A stretch of 64,000 nt of DNA from a virus (taxonomy: Duplodnaviria > Caudoviricetes), in the IMG/VR virus record IMGVR_UViG_2740891848_000001, positions 1 to 64,000 of that record, one strand, 5' to 3'. This document shows, piece after piece, positions 18,829 through 28,563 of this stretch. Every line of letters starts with the position of its first letter. Positions within the stretch are counted from its first letter, which is position 1. The notes beneath the pieces were generated by a model. It was not told where the DNA came from, ran no database searches, and saw only the letters and a program-made list of their open reading frames with translations. A program made the translations under genes and the position numbers.

Positions 18829-19045
18829 TGTAAAAGCTCCAGTTTCATTAGCCAGGTTTCTGTTTCGTACTGCCCTCGCTGCTAAGGTGGTGGACTCAGC
18901 GGCGAGTTCGAAGATCATACGTTCGACCTTCTAACTATTCAATCGCATCTATATGCTAGTTGCGACTGATAGATCCGCTTATGTGTAGCTACGCACATTC
19001 GTTTGTTGACGCTTCCAGAACAGCACTTGCAAGTAACCGCTATTC

Positions 19046-20488
19046 CTAAGCTAAGTCGGTCATAGAGATCTTGCGAGCGTAGGCCTTGCTCTTATCGAAC
19101 ATTTCTTTCTGGTCCTGCCTGCGCTGCTCCGAGAGTCTGAAGATCTCTTTGGTCGGGTCAACCTTGTTTGCTTCTGTCGACTTCTGCTCGATGATCTGCA
19201 TGATTCGCTGGTCGATCGAGTCGCGGTACTCCAGCACGTAGATCAAAAGTGCCGTCTCGCGCTTGCCGCGAATACCACGGCGATACGCCTGCACGAATGA
19301 ATCGTCCATGTAGTTAAGAGAGCAGAAGACCATCACCTTTAGATGGTTCCAGTTGAAGCCGACGCCTGCGGTGTCCGCAGATGCAACCACGCAGTCGAGT
19401 AAGCCAGCTCGGAACGCATGGTCGATTGCTGCACGACGCGATGACGACACCGTGCCGTTGATCAGTCCCGTGCGCAGGCCCATTGACTTGGCCAATTCAA
19501 CAATGCGTTCCTGCTCCGGAATCAGACACGCAAAGATCGCGATAGGCTCACCCGACTGCACGGCGTCGGCCAAGTGGATCTTCAGCCGCTCGTCCTTGCC
19601 CGTAGACTCGCCCTTCGCTATTCCGAAGGTCTCAGGATGCGACATGATCTGACGACAGCGCATGGCATTGACTGCTGGCGTCGCGCCCTCCAGAAACTCG
19701 TCTTCCAGCTCGACGAGCGCTTCCTCTTCCATCTCCTCATAGGCCGTCCGCTGCTTCGGCGACATGTCGCACAGTTCGGTGACGATCACCTTGGCCTCGG
19801 GACCATGAACTTCCGTGAAGGTGTGGCGCACCGCGATGCGAGCGAGCACCGCAGACAACTTCTCGTGGTTCGTCCAGCCGACCGTTTCGCCGTTCGCGCC
19901 TTGGAGGCGGTGGTAGCCGAGGAAGCCACCGAATGAGCCATAGAAGCGCGGCTCGATGACTTCGATCGTGGCGTACGCGCTTCCCAGGTTGCCTTTGATG
20001 ATCGTGCCGGTCATGCCGAGGTAATACGCGATCTGCCGCATGGACATAATCCAGTTGGTGGTGCGCTTCGCGTTGTAGCCCGCGTAGCCCAAGTGCAGCT
20101 CATCGACGACAACAGCGTTCAACTCAGGCTGGTAGCTCCTCACGGCCTGCCAGTTATCCGACCACTGTTGGAAACCCATGATGAAGACCTTGGCTTCGCG
20201 GTTCTGCATCTGTCGCTCACGCCGCTTGCGATCACCGTCCACGATCTGGACATCCTTGCTGTTGAAGCGAGTGAACTCCAGAATCTCGTCCCGGTTCTTG
20301 CGCAGCAGCGACATCGGCATGACAAACGCCGTCTTCACGCCACAGTTGTGCCAGAGGTAGTCCATGTACACGACCGCGCTGCCAGTCTTCTGGCATGCGG
20401 GGTCACTGAGATTCAGGCAGCGCTTCGTTGCGATATAGAACGCGAGATCAGCAATCTGGTGTTCGCGTAGTGCTTTCTTCTCAACCAT
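19046..20488 (-). CDS. superfamily 2 (SNF2/DEAD-like) helicase
   Basis: VVDELH, MTGT, GFN and QAYRRGIR motifs; motif I reads DPACQKT. Confidence 0.88.
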   Translation of the reverse strand: MVEKKALREHQIADLAFYIATKRCLNLSDPACQKTGSAVVYMDYLWHNCGVKTAFVMPMSLLRKNRDEILEFTRFNSKDVQIVDGDRKRRERQMQNREAKVFIMGFQQWSDNWQAVRSYQPELNAVVVDELHLGYAGYNAKRTTNWIMSMRQIAYYLGMTGTIIKGNLGSAYATIEVIEPRFYGSFGGFLGYHRLQGANGETVGWTNHEKLSAVLARIAVRHTFTEVHGPEAKVIVTELCDMSPKQRTAYEEMEEEALVELEDEFLEGATPAVNAMRCRQIMSHPETFGIAKGESTGKDERLKIHLADAVQSGEPIAIFACLIPEQERIVELAKSMGLRTGLINGTVSSSRRAAIDHAFRAGLLDCVVASADTAGVGFNWNHLKVMVFCSLNYMDDSFVQAYRRGIRGKRETALLIYVLEYRDSIDQRIMQIIEQKSTEANKVDPTKEIFRLSEQRRQDQKEMFDKSKAYARKISMTDLA

Positions 20489-20873
20489 CCTTGGTCTCCA
20501 GCTGGACCGAGGATGCCTCGTGATCGGGCCACTGGCTGTTGATCACCTCCATGTCACCGGTGCCTGCGGTCGACACGTCCGACCACTGCACTTCGATTCG
20601 CATGTCGTGCTCGACTCCGTATTCTGTGCCGTATTCGTAGAAGCACATCCGGCCAGCCATTGCGACGATGAAGAACTCGTCTTCTTCAGTGTCCTTCTCA
20701 GGCCATTTGGCATTGACCAACTCCTTCGCCTCGTCGCACATCTGGCCGAACTTGCCCTCTTCTTCGCTGGCTGGATACTGAAGGGCCGCAGTCTGGCAGT
20801 TGTCCTGCAACAGCTCCCAGTTCTTGCCCCAGCGGTGAAGCACCGCGTGATAGATAAATGCAAGAGTCCTCAT
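20481..20873 (-). CDS. phage hypothetical protein
   Basis: 130-aa acidic ORF with coupled overlaps. Confidence 0.6.
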   Translation of the reverse strand: MRTLAFIYHAVLHRWGKNWELLQDNCQTAALQYPASEEEGKFGQMCDEAKELVNAKWPEKDTEEDEFFIVAMAGRMCFYEYGTEYGVEHDMRIEVQWSDVSTAGTGDMEVINSQWPDHEASSVQLETKDG

Positions 20874-21226
20874 GTCAGCAATCCTTTGACGTTGGTGAAG
20901 TAGCTAGCCATCTGATGCAACAAGCGCATTTGTTCCGCCGACAGGTGACGCTTCGTCAGCTCATGGCCGAGCTGGTAGATCGCTTTCAGCATGTAGTCGT
21001 TTGTGTAGTGCGGGCCGAAGCTGTACAGACGCACGTTCACACCAACGCGGTAGTAGGCCGGAACGTTGTTGTTCCAGATCATCTTCAGTGTGTTGAACAG
21101 ATGCCGCGTTACCATCTTCGTAGGCTCATGGTTTTCGCCGTGCCGGTCGCGCCAGCGGAACGTCAAATCAACCGCCGTTAGCCGCTCGATATGCGTGCGG
21201 ACAGTAAGTGAAGTTTCGTTGCTCAT
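20870..21226 (-). CDS. phage hypothetical protein
   Basis: 118 aa, coupled overlaps. Confidence 0.65.
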   Translation of the reverse strand: MSNETSLTVRTHIERLTAVDLTFRWRDRHGENHEPTKMVTRHLFNTLKMIWNNNVPAYYRVGVNVRLYSFGPHYTNDYMLKAIYQLGHELTKRHLSAEQMRLLHQMASYFTNVKGLLT

Positions 21227-21525
21227 GGTTTTAACTCCCTACCGAGATGCACTTCCGCGCGGTGGAAGATGATTACGCGCGATGAAAGGTGTGCCATGTC
21301 GCGACGCTCGCCGGTCGCGATGTTGACGAGGAACAGATGCCGTTGCTCGTCGTACAGCCCGTGGCTCATACCGGGGCGCGCGGCTCGCTTATCGGCGTCA
21401 GGCAAGACGCAAACCAGATAGCTCGCGCCCTCGCTGAGCATGTTGCAATCCACGAGTTGCACAACGTCGCCGGGATTCGCGTGGCACAGTTTGGTGAAAT
21501 CGCGCTCTTCAGTGAGGACTCTCAT
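21223..21525 (-). CDS. phage hypothetical protein
   Basis: Start reassigned to ATG 21525, overlapping the upstream stop (ATGA). Confidence 0.6.
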   Translation of the reverse strand: MRVLTEERDFTKLCHANPGDVVQLVDCNMLSEGASYLVCVLPDADKRAARPGMSHGLYDEQRHLFLVNIATGERRDMAHLSSRVIIFHRAEVHLGRELKP

Positions 21526-22241
21526 GCTGCTTTCCCCCGCGCCACTGGCAAATCCGACAGTGGATCTTCGCGCCGCGCGTGCCGCTTCAGCACGGTCATG
21601 CCGAGCGCTTCCAGCGGCAGGCATACGATGTGCCCTTCCTCGCCCGCCAGGAGCGCTGTTTTCAGGCGCGCGGCGGGCTTGCTGACAATGAGGTCCGCCG
21701 TACCCGTCACGATTACGCGGCGGGCGCTGTAGCGGCTCTGCTCGATCACAGAGTCAATCAGCTTCTGGTGCTTCGGCGTGGCCCCAGTGAGGACCAGCGG
21801 TTGGACGTTCGTGCGGTCCAACTCGGCCGACAGCTCTGACTGGTTGAAGTACCAGATGCGGCGCACGACCGGAGTGAGTGGGCTGCTCATGCGCGAGAGA
21901 GTCAGCAGCGTCAGGTTCAGCTCGTCGTTCGTGTCCTCCATCACGTACACACCGGCCTCGTGCTCCAGCTTCGGGATCGGCAGCATGGCTTGCACGAGCG
22001 GGTCACGGGCGAGCGCCTGAAACTGCTTCCAGTGGATGACATCCGGCACCGGGGCGCCAGTCGGGAATAGGTGGTTGCACATCATCCGTTTCGACGGAAT
22101 GACCAGGAACGGCGACGGCGCGCGCATCGACAGGAAGTTCTGCGCGCCGCGCGCCTGATGCAAATAGGCGATGCCTTCCGGGGTCCAATGCAGCCCGTAC
22201 ATCGCCACTTCGATTTTGTTGTTCTGTACTTCGGTGTTCAT
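21522..22241 (-). CDS. phage hypothetical protein
   Basis: 239 aa, coupled overlaps. Confidence 0.65.
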   Translation of the reverse strand: MNTEVQNNKIEVAMYGLHWTPEGIAYLHQARGAQNFLSMRAPSPFLVIPSKRMMCNHLFPTGAPVPDVIHWKQFQALARDPLVQAMLPIPKLEHEAGVYVMEDTNDELNLTLLTLSRMSSPLTPVVRRIWYFNQSELSAELDRTNVQPLVLTGATPKHQKLIDSVIEQSRYSARRVIVTGTADLIVSKPAARLKTALLAGEEGHIVCLPLEALGMTVLKRHARREDPLSDLPVARGKAA

Positions 22242-22639
22242 AGCTTGACCAGTTCGTTGATCGGCTTCTTCGTGTACGTGGCGAGATCCATGAGGTCCGT
22301 GAGCGTCACGTCATGTCGACCATGTTCGACAGCTATCACCTTGTGCGCGGTCCAGCCCAGACGATCCGCGGCTTCGCGGCGGGTCTGCTTGAGTTCGAGG
22401 GCGCGGAAGGTGGCCAGGGTTTCGCCGAGCTTTTCATGCACGCGCGAGAGTGACTTGCGCAGGCGCTTCGGCTGATCGGGGGTCTCTTGCTTCTTGCGGC
22501 TTCCCGCCTTCACACCTTTCGCGCGCACGATCGCCCTGATCGAAGGAACCGACAGGGCGAAGTCGCGAGCAAGTTGTGAAGCGGGAGTGCCAGACGCGTA
22601 GAGATCCGCGATCTGTTGATCGCGTTCCTCCTTGCACAT
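22238..22639 (-). CDS. double HTH transcriptional regulator (N-terminal HTH plus XRE-like domain)
   Basis: PASQLARDFALSVPSIRAI and TRREAADRLGWTAHKVIAVEHGRHDVTLTDL. Confidence 0.8.
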   Translation of the reverse strand: MCKEERDQQIADLYASGTPASQLARDFALSVPSIRAIVRAKGVKAGSRKKQETPDQPKRLRKSLSRVHEKLGETLATFRALELKQTRREAADRLGWTAHKVIAVEHGRHDVTLTDLMDLATYTKKPINELVKL

Positions 22640-22646
22640 GGGAGGC

Positions 22647-22874
22647 TCAGACTTTCTGGAACGGGAACGTCTGGGGGTTCTTCTTGATCAGACGGCTGAA
22701 GGTGCTGCCGAACGATTCCGAAGAAGTCAGCTGGTCGAGGGTGGCCTGATCGACGTTGCTGTACTGGTACTCGTCGCCGTTCTTAACGAAGACGATGTTC
22801 AGTTTCTGCTTTGCCGAGTCGTAGGCGAATGCGGAGATCTGTGACGAAGTCACAGATGTGTAGCCAGGTTTCAT
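22647..22874 (-). CDS. KTSC-domain protein (predicted nucleic-acid binding)
   Basis: VTSSQISAFAYD...LNIVF.KNG.EYQY.NV...S.GS.F pattern; start at ATG 22874. Confidence 0.85.
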   Translation of the reverse strand: MKPGYTSVTSSQISAFAYDSAKQKLNIVFVKNGDEYQYSNVDQATLDQLTSSESFGSTFSRLIKKNPQTFPFQKV

Positions 22875-22950
22875 GTTTCGATCCATTAGATGAAGTGAAG
22901 AACAACATGGCCGGCGGTGGTGGGCGCCGGCCATGCTGCTTGATGCGGTA

Positions 22951-23172
22951 CTACGTGGTCCTGCCGTGTGCTGCTTTCCAGACAATCCAGAAACCGTGGA
23001 CCGTCGCGTTCAGATAGCCATCGTCTTTCGGATCACGCTCAAGACTGTAGCCTTCGAGAATTTCCAGCTTCTCGAACACGTCTCGGCGCAGCCATCCATA
23101 GCGGCGCTTTTCGTACTTCTTGCGAATCGGGACGGGGAACGGGCTGGCGCGCTGTTGCTGCGCCGCGGTCAT
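22951..23172 (-). CDS. phage hypothetical protein
   Basis: 73 aa; YLNATVHGFWIVWKAA resembles a common small phage protein. Confidence 0.55.
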   Translation of the reverse strand: MTAAQQQRASPFPVPIRKKYEKRRYGWLRRDVFEKLEILEGYSLERDPKDDGYLNATVHGFWIVWKAAHGRTT

Positions 23173-23453
23173 GACTTCACCTTCGTGCGACGCAGGCGAT
23201 CACGTAGACCTTTGAGCCGGTTGCGCTGCTCCTTGGTCAACGCGTTGGAATCAAGCAGGTTCTTCGCCGCCCGGTTCCACGTCTCGCGCGTGATGGCTGA
23301 GGGGTTCTCGTCGTGCGCGTCCTCAATGGCGAACACTTCCTTGTTGGTCAGCAGGCTCGTGCCTGCAATCATCAGCGCCTCGACCGCCTTGCTAGGGTCA
23401 ATGCGCCGTGCAGCCGGGGCTGCTGTGGTGGTGGCTTGTTTGTCGTCCATCAT
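23169..23453 (-). CDS. phage hypothetical protein
   Basis: 94 aa, coupled overlaps. Confidence 0.55.
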   Translation of the reverse strand: MMDDKQATTTAAPAARRIDPSKAVEALMIAGTSLLTNKEVFAIEDAHDENPSAITRETWNRAAKNLLDSNALTKEQRNRLKGLRDRLRRTKVKS

Positions 23454-23643
23454 TCGCTATTGAATATGCCGACGATGGCTGGATCGTCGGTCCACTGCCC
23501 GAACCAATGGCCAGGGTCCAGGCGGGAATTGATGATGTTCTGCTGTTTACGCCGACCGAAAATTGAGCCATTTGTAGGGGTCGCGCCGACTGAAAACTGA
23601 GCCGGGTAATCAACCTATCCTGCTAGTTTTTCAGGCAGGGTGT

Positions 23644-25182
23644 TTGGGGATGATCCCGATGACGATGATTGGCAAAGTGCGGCGGATGTTCCACCGCCAG
23701 AACAAATCGGTACGCGAGATAGCGCGTCTCACAAGCCTGTCGCGCAACACGATTAGCAAATACCTGAGCATGGAGATTCAGGAAGAACCGAAGTATCAGC
23801 GGCGCTCGCAGTCGACCCGGCTGACACCGTTTCACGAGGCGCTGGTGCAGGCGCTCAGCGTGGACGCAAGGCGGCCGAAGAAAGAGCGGCGCACCGCCTG
23901 GATGCTGTTCCAGGAGGTCAAGGCGAACGGCTACGATGGCTGCTATTCGCGGGTGACCGATTTCATCCGGAGCTGGCGGCAAGGCGAAGGCCAAGCGGTT
24001 TCGAAGTCGGCGTTTGTGCCGCTGCAATTCGAGCTGGGCGAAGCGTTCCAGTTTGATTGGTCCGAGGAAGGACTGGTTGTCGGCGGCATTTACCGCAAGC
24101 TGCAGGTGTCGCACATGAAGCTGTGCGCGTCGCGGGCATTCTGGCTCGTGGCCTACCCAAGCCAGGGTCACGAGATGCTGTTCGACGCCCATACGCGCTC
24201 GTTCACGGCCTTCGGCGGGGTGGCCCGTCGTGGCATCTACGACAACATGAAGACGGCGGTCGACAAGGTTCACAAAGGCAAGGGCCGCACAGTCAATCCG
24301 CGTTTCGCAGTGATGTGTTCGCATTACCTGTTCGATCCGGACTTCTGCAATGTCGCCAGTGGCTGGGAGAAAGGGGTCGTCGAGAAGAATGTGCAGGACA
24401 GCCGCCGGCGTATCTGGATCGAAGCGCGCGAGCAGCGATTCGGCAGTTTCGCCGATCTGAATGCATGGCTGGCGAGCCGGTGCCGGTCGTTGTGGGAGCA
24501 GGTGAAGCACCCGGACTATCGGGACCTGAGCGTTGCCGACGTGTTCGAGCAGGAGCGCGCGCATCTGATGCCGATGCCAACACCGTTTGACGGTTACGTT
24601 GAACGCGCGGCCCGGGTGTCGTCTACCTGCCTTGTGGTGATCGGGCGCAACCGCTACTCGGTACCCTGCGAATTTGCAGGCCAGATGCTCAGCACGCGGC
24701 TCTATCCGGGTCGCGTCGTGGTGGTGGGCGATGACGCGGTGGTGGCCGAACATGACCGTCTGGCCGACGAAGGTCTGGTGCGCTACGACTGGCAGCATTA
24801 CATCCCGCTGATCCAGCGCAAGCCCGGCGCCCTGCGCAATGGCGCGCCGTTCCTGGATATGCCCGAGCCGCTGCAGCGCCTGCGTCGGGCGTTACTACGC
24901 GAGCCAGGTGGTGACCGGGTAATGGCTAAGGTTCTGGCGCTGGTACCCGAAAGCGGTCTGGATGCCATAGTGATTGCAGTCGAACTTGCATTGGAGCAGG
25001 CGCCGCCCTCCGGGCGCGTGAGCATCGAGCATGTGGTGAATGTGCTGTCGCGCATGCGCAGCGTGGAGATGCCGCCGAAGATCGATACGGCGCTACAGTT
25101 GACGACACCGCCGCTTGCCGACACATCGCGATACGACGGGCTGCGCCCAGTGCTCCAACAGCCGGAGGCCGGTCATGCTTGA
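23644..25182 (+). CDS. istA: IS21 transposase
   Basis: N-terminal HTH; QFDW, YDNMK and KGVVE DDE motifs. Confidence 0.95.
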   Translation: MGMIPMTMIGKVRRMFHRQNKSVREIARLTSLSRNTISKYLSMEIQEEPKYQRRSQSTRLTPFHEALVQALSVDARRPKKERRTAWMLFQEVKANGYDGCYSRVTDFIRSWRQGEGQAVSKSAFVPLQFELGEAFQFDWSEEGLVVGGIYRKLQVSHMKLCASRAFWLVAYPSQGHEMLFDAHTRSFTAFGGVARRGIYDNMKTAVDKVHKGKGRTVNPRFAVMCSHYLFDPDFCNVASGWEKGVVEKNVQDSRRRIWIEAREQRFGSFADLNAWLASRCRSLWEQVKHPDYRDLSVADVFEQERAHLMPMPTPFDGYVERAARVSSTCLVVIGRNRYSVPCEFAGQMLSTRLYPGRVVVVGDDAVVAEHDRLADEGLVRYDWQHYIPLIQRKPGALRNGAPFLDMPEPLQRLRRALLREPGGDRVMAKVLALVPESGLDAIVIAVELALEQAPPSGRVSIEHVVNVLSRMRSVEMPPKIDTALQLTTPPLADTSRYDGLRPVLQQPEAGHA

Positions 25183-25975
25183 CCTAATCGTCGAACTCAA
25201 GCAGTTGCGGCTGCATGGCATGGCTGCCGGTTGGGCCGAACTACTCGAACAGGGTAACGTCGAGGTGGCGTCTTCGCAGTGGTTGCTTGAACGGCTACTG
25301 CAGGCCGAGAGTACTGATCGTGCCGTGCGTTCGGTCAGCCACCAGATGAACGCGGCGAAGTTCCCGGTGCATCGCGATCTGGCCGGCTTCGAGTTCGACG
25401 GTTCGCCGGTCGATCGCCAGCTCGTCATGCAACTAGCCGGCATGACGTTCACCGAGAGTGCACACAACCTGGTTCTGGTCGGCGGCCCCGGCTCGGGCAA
25501 AACGCATCTGGCGACCGCCATTGGCGTATCGGGGATCATGCACCACGGCAAGCGAGTGCGCTTCTACTCGACCGTGGATCTGGCCAACGCGCTGGAGCAG
25601 GAGAAGGCGCAGGGTCGCGCCGGGCGGATCGCGGCGAGCCTGCTGCGTCTTGACCTGGTCATTCTGGACGAACTTGGGTATCTGCCCTTCAGCCAGGCCG
25701 GCGGGGCACTGCTGTTCCATCTGTTGAGCCGCCTGTACGAGCACACGAGCGTTGCGGTCACGACGAATCTGGACTTCGCCGAATGGTCGAGCGTGTTCGG
25801 CGACGCGAAGATGACCACAGCGTTGTTGGACCGGCTAACGCACCACTGCCACATCGTGGAGACCGGCAACGAGAGTCACCGTTTCCGGCATAGCAGCGCC
25901 AGTGCAAAGAAGCGCATCCGGTCGCGTGAAGCGGCGCGAAAAGCCGACGCCGCAAGTGCTTCTGAGCTCGAATGA
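25175..25975 (+). CDS. istB: IS21 helper ATPase
   Basis: Walker A GGPGSGKT, Walker B ILDELG, AxxDRLxH motif; overlaps istA stop. Confidence 0.95.
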   Translation: MLDLIVELKQLRLHGMAAGWAELLEQGNVEVASSQWLLERLLQAESTDRAVRSVSHQMNAAKFPVHRDLAGFEFDGSPVDRQLVMQLAGMTFTESAHNLVLVGGPGSGKTHLATAIGVSGIMHHGKRVRFYSTVDLANALEQEKAQGRAGRIAASLLRLDLVILDELGYLPFSQAGGALLFHLLSRLYEHTSVAVTTNLDFAEWSSVFGDAKMTTALLDRLTHHCHIVETGNESHRFRHSSASAKKRIRSREAARKADAASASELE

Positions 25976-26248
25976 TCGGCGCTCGCCGCGCCGGGGAATC
26001 TGCTACGGGCTACGCCCTTCACAGCTTCCCCGGCGCAACCCATCCTCATACGCAGGAGGACAAACAACTCGAAAACCCATAGACTTATCCACAACCGGTC
26101 CTGCTTTAGACCGGTCTCCACCCTGGCTCAGAATTCAATCGGCGCGGTGGCTCAAAATTCGCTCGGCGCGGACAGGCCTGCACCATTGCGGCGGCGACAA
26201 GCGCCGTACGGATCACTTCGGGGTCACGCAACAACATTCAGTGTCTCC

Positions 26249-26276
26249 AAAAGAAAAGCCGCCTTGCGGCGGCTTT
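26249..26276 (-). terminator. intrinsic terminator after the lipoprotein gene
   Basis: AAAGCCGCC-TTGC-GGCGGCTTT stem with U-tract on the minus strand. Confidence 0.75.
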
Positions 26277-26293
26277 GTCGGATGTGAGGATCT

Positions 26294-26704
26294 TCACTCT
26301 ACAGCTGGCTGTAGGTGGATCGCGTCGTCCATTGAAATTCGGTAGAGCTTCACGCGCGCCGGGATTCGCACAGTGACAGTCGAGTCTGCGCCGCCGAGCG
26401 CGCGCAGAGAGTTCATGCCTGCCGTTACGATGTGCTCGCCTTCGGGGAGGTACATCGTCAAGGCCTGCCGTTGTTCGATAGTGGCCACCTTTTCGCCGTC
26501 AACCCAGACGGCAAGCGTTGCACCACCCTTCCCGAAGCCTGCGTCCCGAACGACCATGAGGCTTTGCGCCCCCTCGTGCGGCTGGGTGAGGTTCTTCGAG
26601 AGAATCTGTTCTTGTGGAACGGGCGTTGTCTGGCTAAGCGGTACGACAGAGGTGGTACAGCCCGCGAGCGCGAGCAAAGAAGCGAGAAGGATAGTTCTTG
26701 TCAT
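26294..26704 (-). CDS. lipoprotein
   Basis: Signal peptide with lipobox LAGC (MTRTILLASLLALAGC). Confidence 0.8.
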   Translation of the reverse strand: MTRTILLASLLALAGCTTSVVPLSQTTPVPQEQILSKNLTQPHEGAQSLMVVRDAGFGKGGATLAVWVDGEKVATIEQRQALTMYLPEGEHIVTAGMNSLRALGGADSTVTVRIPARVKLYRISMDDAIHLQPAVE

Positions 26705-26753
26705 AGTGGCCTCCGGCAAAAGAGGCCACATCTTACGACATCCTGTTAGCAGC

Positions 26754-27335
26754 TTACTGATAGAAGAAGATGTGCCCGTTCTCTTCCTGGAAGCCGTTGT
26801 GGCGCAGATCCCCGCTCCAGTAGTGTTCCCAGTCGATGTAGGAGAACATCGGGTGATCCTCTTTGATCATGCCCACGTCGACCGCCCAGTCTTCGGCGAA
26901 GTCTTTTGTGCTGTCCCATTTACCACGGTAGGCATCGCGGAACTGGGCGACCGTCACATCCGTCAGATCGCTGCCAGTCACCTGATTGACGAAAATCATA
27001 AAGGCTTCGATCTCGTCGTCGCTGCTCAACTCACTGAGCTGCTCCTCGATCGACGCTATCTCGGACATAGATGTGTATTCGCCGATCAGGCCGCTCGGGT
27101 AGCCTTCGTGATCGTGGATCGCGAACTCCTCTGAGCTGGGGACCATCGTGCCGGAGTCCTCCGGCCATTCAACTTCGACGTTCGGGAATCTACTGGTGAT
27201 CAGAACCTTCTCGCGGATCTCGTTCATGAGTTCTTCTTCGTCCATGTCTTCGGTGTCGATCCAGGCACCGTGGAGCACGCCGTTGTTGTACGAAGCGAGA
27301 CAGGCCACATAAATTCGACGGGTGGTAATAGTCAT
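26754..27335 (-). CDS. ardA: antirestriction protein ArdA (DNA mimic)
   Basis: RIYVACLASYNNGVLHGAWID N-terminus, EEFAIHDHE, very acidic, C-terminal YIDWE..W motif. Confidence 0.9.
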   Translation of the reverse strand: MTITTRRIYVACLASYNNGVLHGAWIDTEDMDEEELMNEIREKVLITSRFPNVEVEWPEDSGTMVPSSEEFAIHDHEGYPSGLIGEYTSMSEIASIEEQLSELSSDDEIEAFMIFVNQVTGSDLTDVTVAQFRDAYRGKWDSTKDFAEDWAVDVGMIKEDHPMFSYIDWEHYWSGDLRHNGFQEENGHIFFYQ

Positions 27336-27373
27336 GATGTGGTGGTGATGATTTGTTAAGGACGAACGCATAG

Positions 27374-27440
27374 AGCGCGGGGCCAGCCGCGTTCACTACA
27401 CGTTTTGAATGGGCGAAAAAACAGCGCGGGGCCAGCCGCG
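27374..27440 (-). repeat. two identical 18-bp repeats forming GC hairpins with loop CUGGCC
   Basis: AGCGCGGGGCCAGCCGCG at 27374-27391 and 27423-27440; related copy at 38633-38650. Confidence 0.8.
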
Positions 27441-27468
27441 CTGTGGAATTGGGTGCTGCGGGTGTTGC

Positions 27469-27696
27469 TTAGGCGCGAGCCATGTGCTCGCTTGCTTGGT
27501 GCTTCGCTGCCTGTTCATCCGCCGCAACTTGAGCAGCGAGACGGCGTTCGCGGTTCTTGAGAGCCACGACTCGCGCTTCCCAGTGCTCCTTCGAGGCCTC
27601 CGCATCGAGCCGTTCGAGCTGGCACTGCTTCAGTTGCGCCTTCGCCTCGCTTTGAGGGTTCTTAATAGGAAGAAAACTGGCCAGATAGTTCAGCAT
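27469..27696 (-). CDS. phage hypothetical coiled-coil protein
   Basis: ORF with AAGGA before ATG 27696. Confidence 0.55.
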   Translation of the reverse strand: MLNYLASFLPIKNPQSEAKAQLKQCQLERLDAEASKEHWEARVVALKNRERRLAAQVAADEQAAKHQASEHMARA

Positions 27697-27768
27697 GATT
27701 GATCCTTTCATCTTGTGGTGGTGGTTGGTACTACGGGTGAAACTGACTTACACAGTGAAGCGTGGGGA

Positions 27769-27984
27769 TTAAAACCCCGCGTTATTGATTGACTTAATCT
27801 CGAAGCCGCATTCGCGCATCCAATCGAGCGCGACGTTGGCCCAGTCGCCGGTCCCCAGCTCCCAGCCGAACAACTCTTCCAGCTTCTCGATGGGCGTCAT
27901 AGCCAAGATCGCGCGATCCTGGCTCATGTCGGTTTCGTCGAGGTTGCGTCTTTGACGCAGTGTCTGCAAAAGGTCCAGTCTCAT
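27769..27984 (-). CDS. phage hypothetical protein
   Basis: 71 aa, overlaps the toxin stop. Confidence 0.55.
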   Translation of the reverse strand: MRLDLLQTLRQRRNLDETDMSQDRAILAMTPIEKLEELFGWELGTGDWANVALDWMRECGFEIKSINNAGF

Positions 27985-28265
27985 TGCCTCTCCTCTGCGG
28001 CGTCATAAACTTCGCCCCCTTGTCGTTTGCCGACCGCAATGACCACAACGGTGATGATCTCGTCCTTCACCTGATAGACGAGCCGGTAGCCTCGGGTGCT
28101 GAGCTTGATCTTGTAGCAGTCTTTCATCCCGTGCAGCCTTGATGCTGGAACCTTCGGGTGTTCCAACCTCTCGGCGAGCTTCTTCGAGAACTGCTTCCGC
28201 GTGTCCGGATCGAGTTTGCGCCACTCTTTCTCGGCGTCGCGCAGGAACATCAGCTTATATGTCAT
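27981..28265 (-). CDS. relE: RelE/StbE-family toxin
   Basis: MTYKLMF...KEWRKLD...CYKIKL...GYRLVYQV...V.VIAVGKR. Confidence 0.9.
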   Translation of the reverse strand: MTYKLMFLRDAEKEWRKLDPDTRKQFSKKLAERLEHPKVPASRLHGMKDCYKIKLSTRGYRLVYQVKDEIITVVVIAVGKRQGGEVYDAAEERQ

Positions 28266-28500
28266 CCAGCTTGACCTCCACGGTCGGCTGACCCTCGCGC
28301 TGCCGCACGACCTCGGCCAGCTCGTAGTCTTCGAGTCGATCGAGCAATGCCTCATACATCTCGGCCGGCAGCAGGTAGGCCACCGGCTTGTTGCGGTTGA
28401 GGATGGCGACCGCGCCACCCTCTGCGTTCTCTAGCACGGCTGTCGGGTTGAGCTTCAGCTCCGAAATGCCGACCGAGACGCGAGCAAGAATGGCTTCCAT
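28255..28500 (-). CDS. Phd/StbD-type antitoxin
   Basis: ISELKLNP...VAILNRNKPVAYLLP motif; overlaps the toxin start. Confidence 0.88.
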   Translation of the reverse strand: MEAILARVSVGISELKLNPTAVLENAEGGAVAILNRNKPVAYLLPAEMYEALLDRLEDYELAEVVRQREGQPTVEVKLDDI

Positions 28501-28534
28501 GATGTGCCCCTTAAAAGATCATCTAAAAGACCTA

Positions 28535-28563
28535 ATACTAGATCTCTTAAATGGCCACGTCAA
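28535..28563 (-). promoter_or_regulatory. sigma70 promoter of the toxin-antitoxin operon
   Basis: TTGACG-17 nt-TAGTAT on the minus strand, with AAAAGATC/AAAAGACC operator-like repeats nearby. Confidence 0.7.

Larger units (their letters stand above)
23544..26174 (+). mobile_element. IS21-family insertion sequence
   Basis: Terminal inverted repeats TGTTTACGCCGACCGAAAATTGAGCCA / TGGCTCAAAATTCGCTCGGCGCGGACA with internal repeated copies; istA-istB pair. Confidence 0.95.
23450..26237 (-). pseudogene. 49-aa phage gene split by the IS21 insertion
   Basis: Removing the IS joins MLLRDPEVIRTALVAAAMVQ (GGAG RBS, ATG 26237) to NIINSRLDPGHWFGQWTDDPAIVGIFNSE*, whose stop overlaps the next ATG. Confidence 0.55.
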
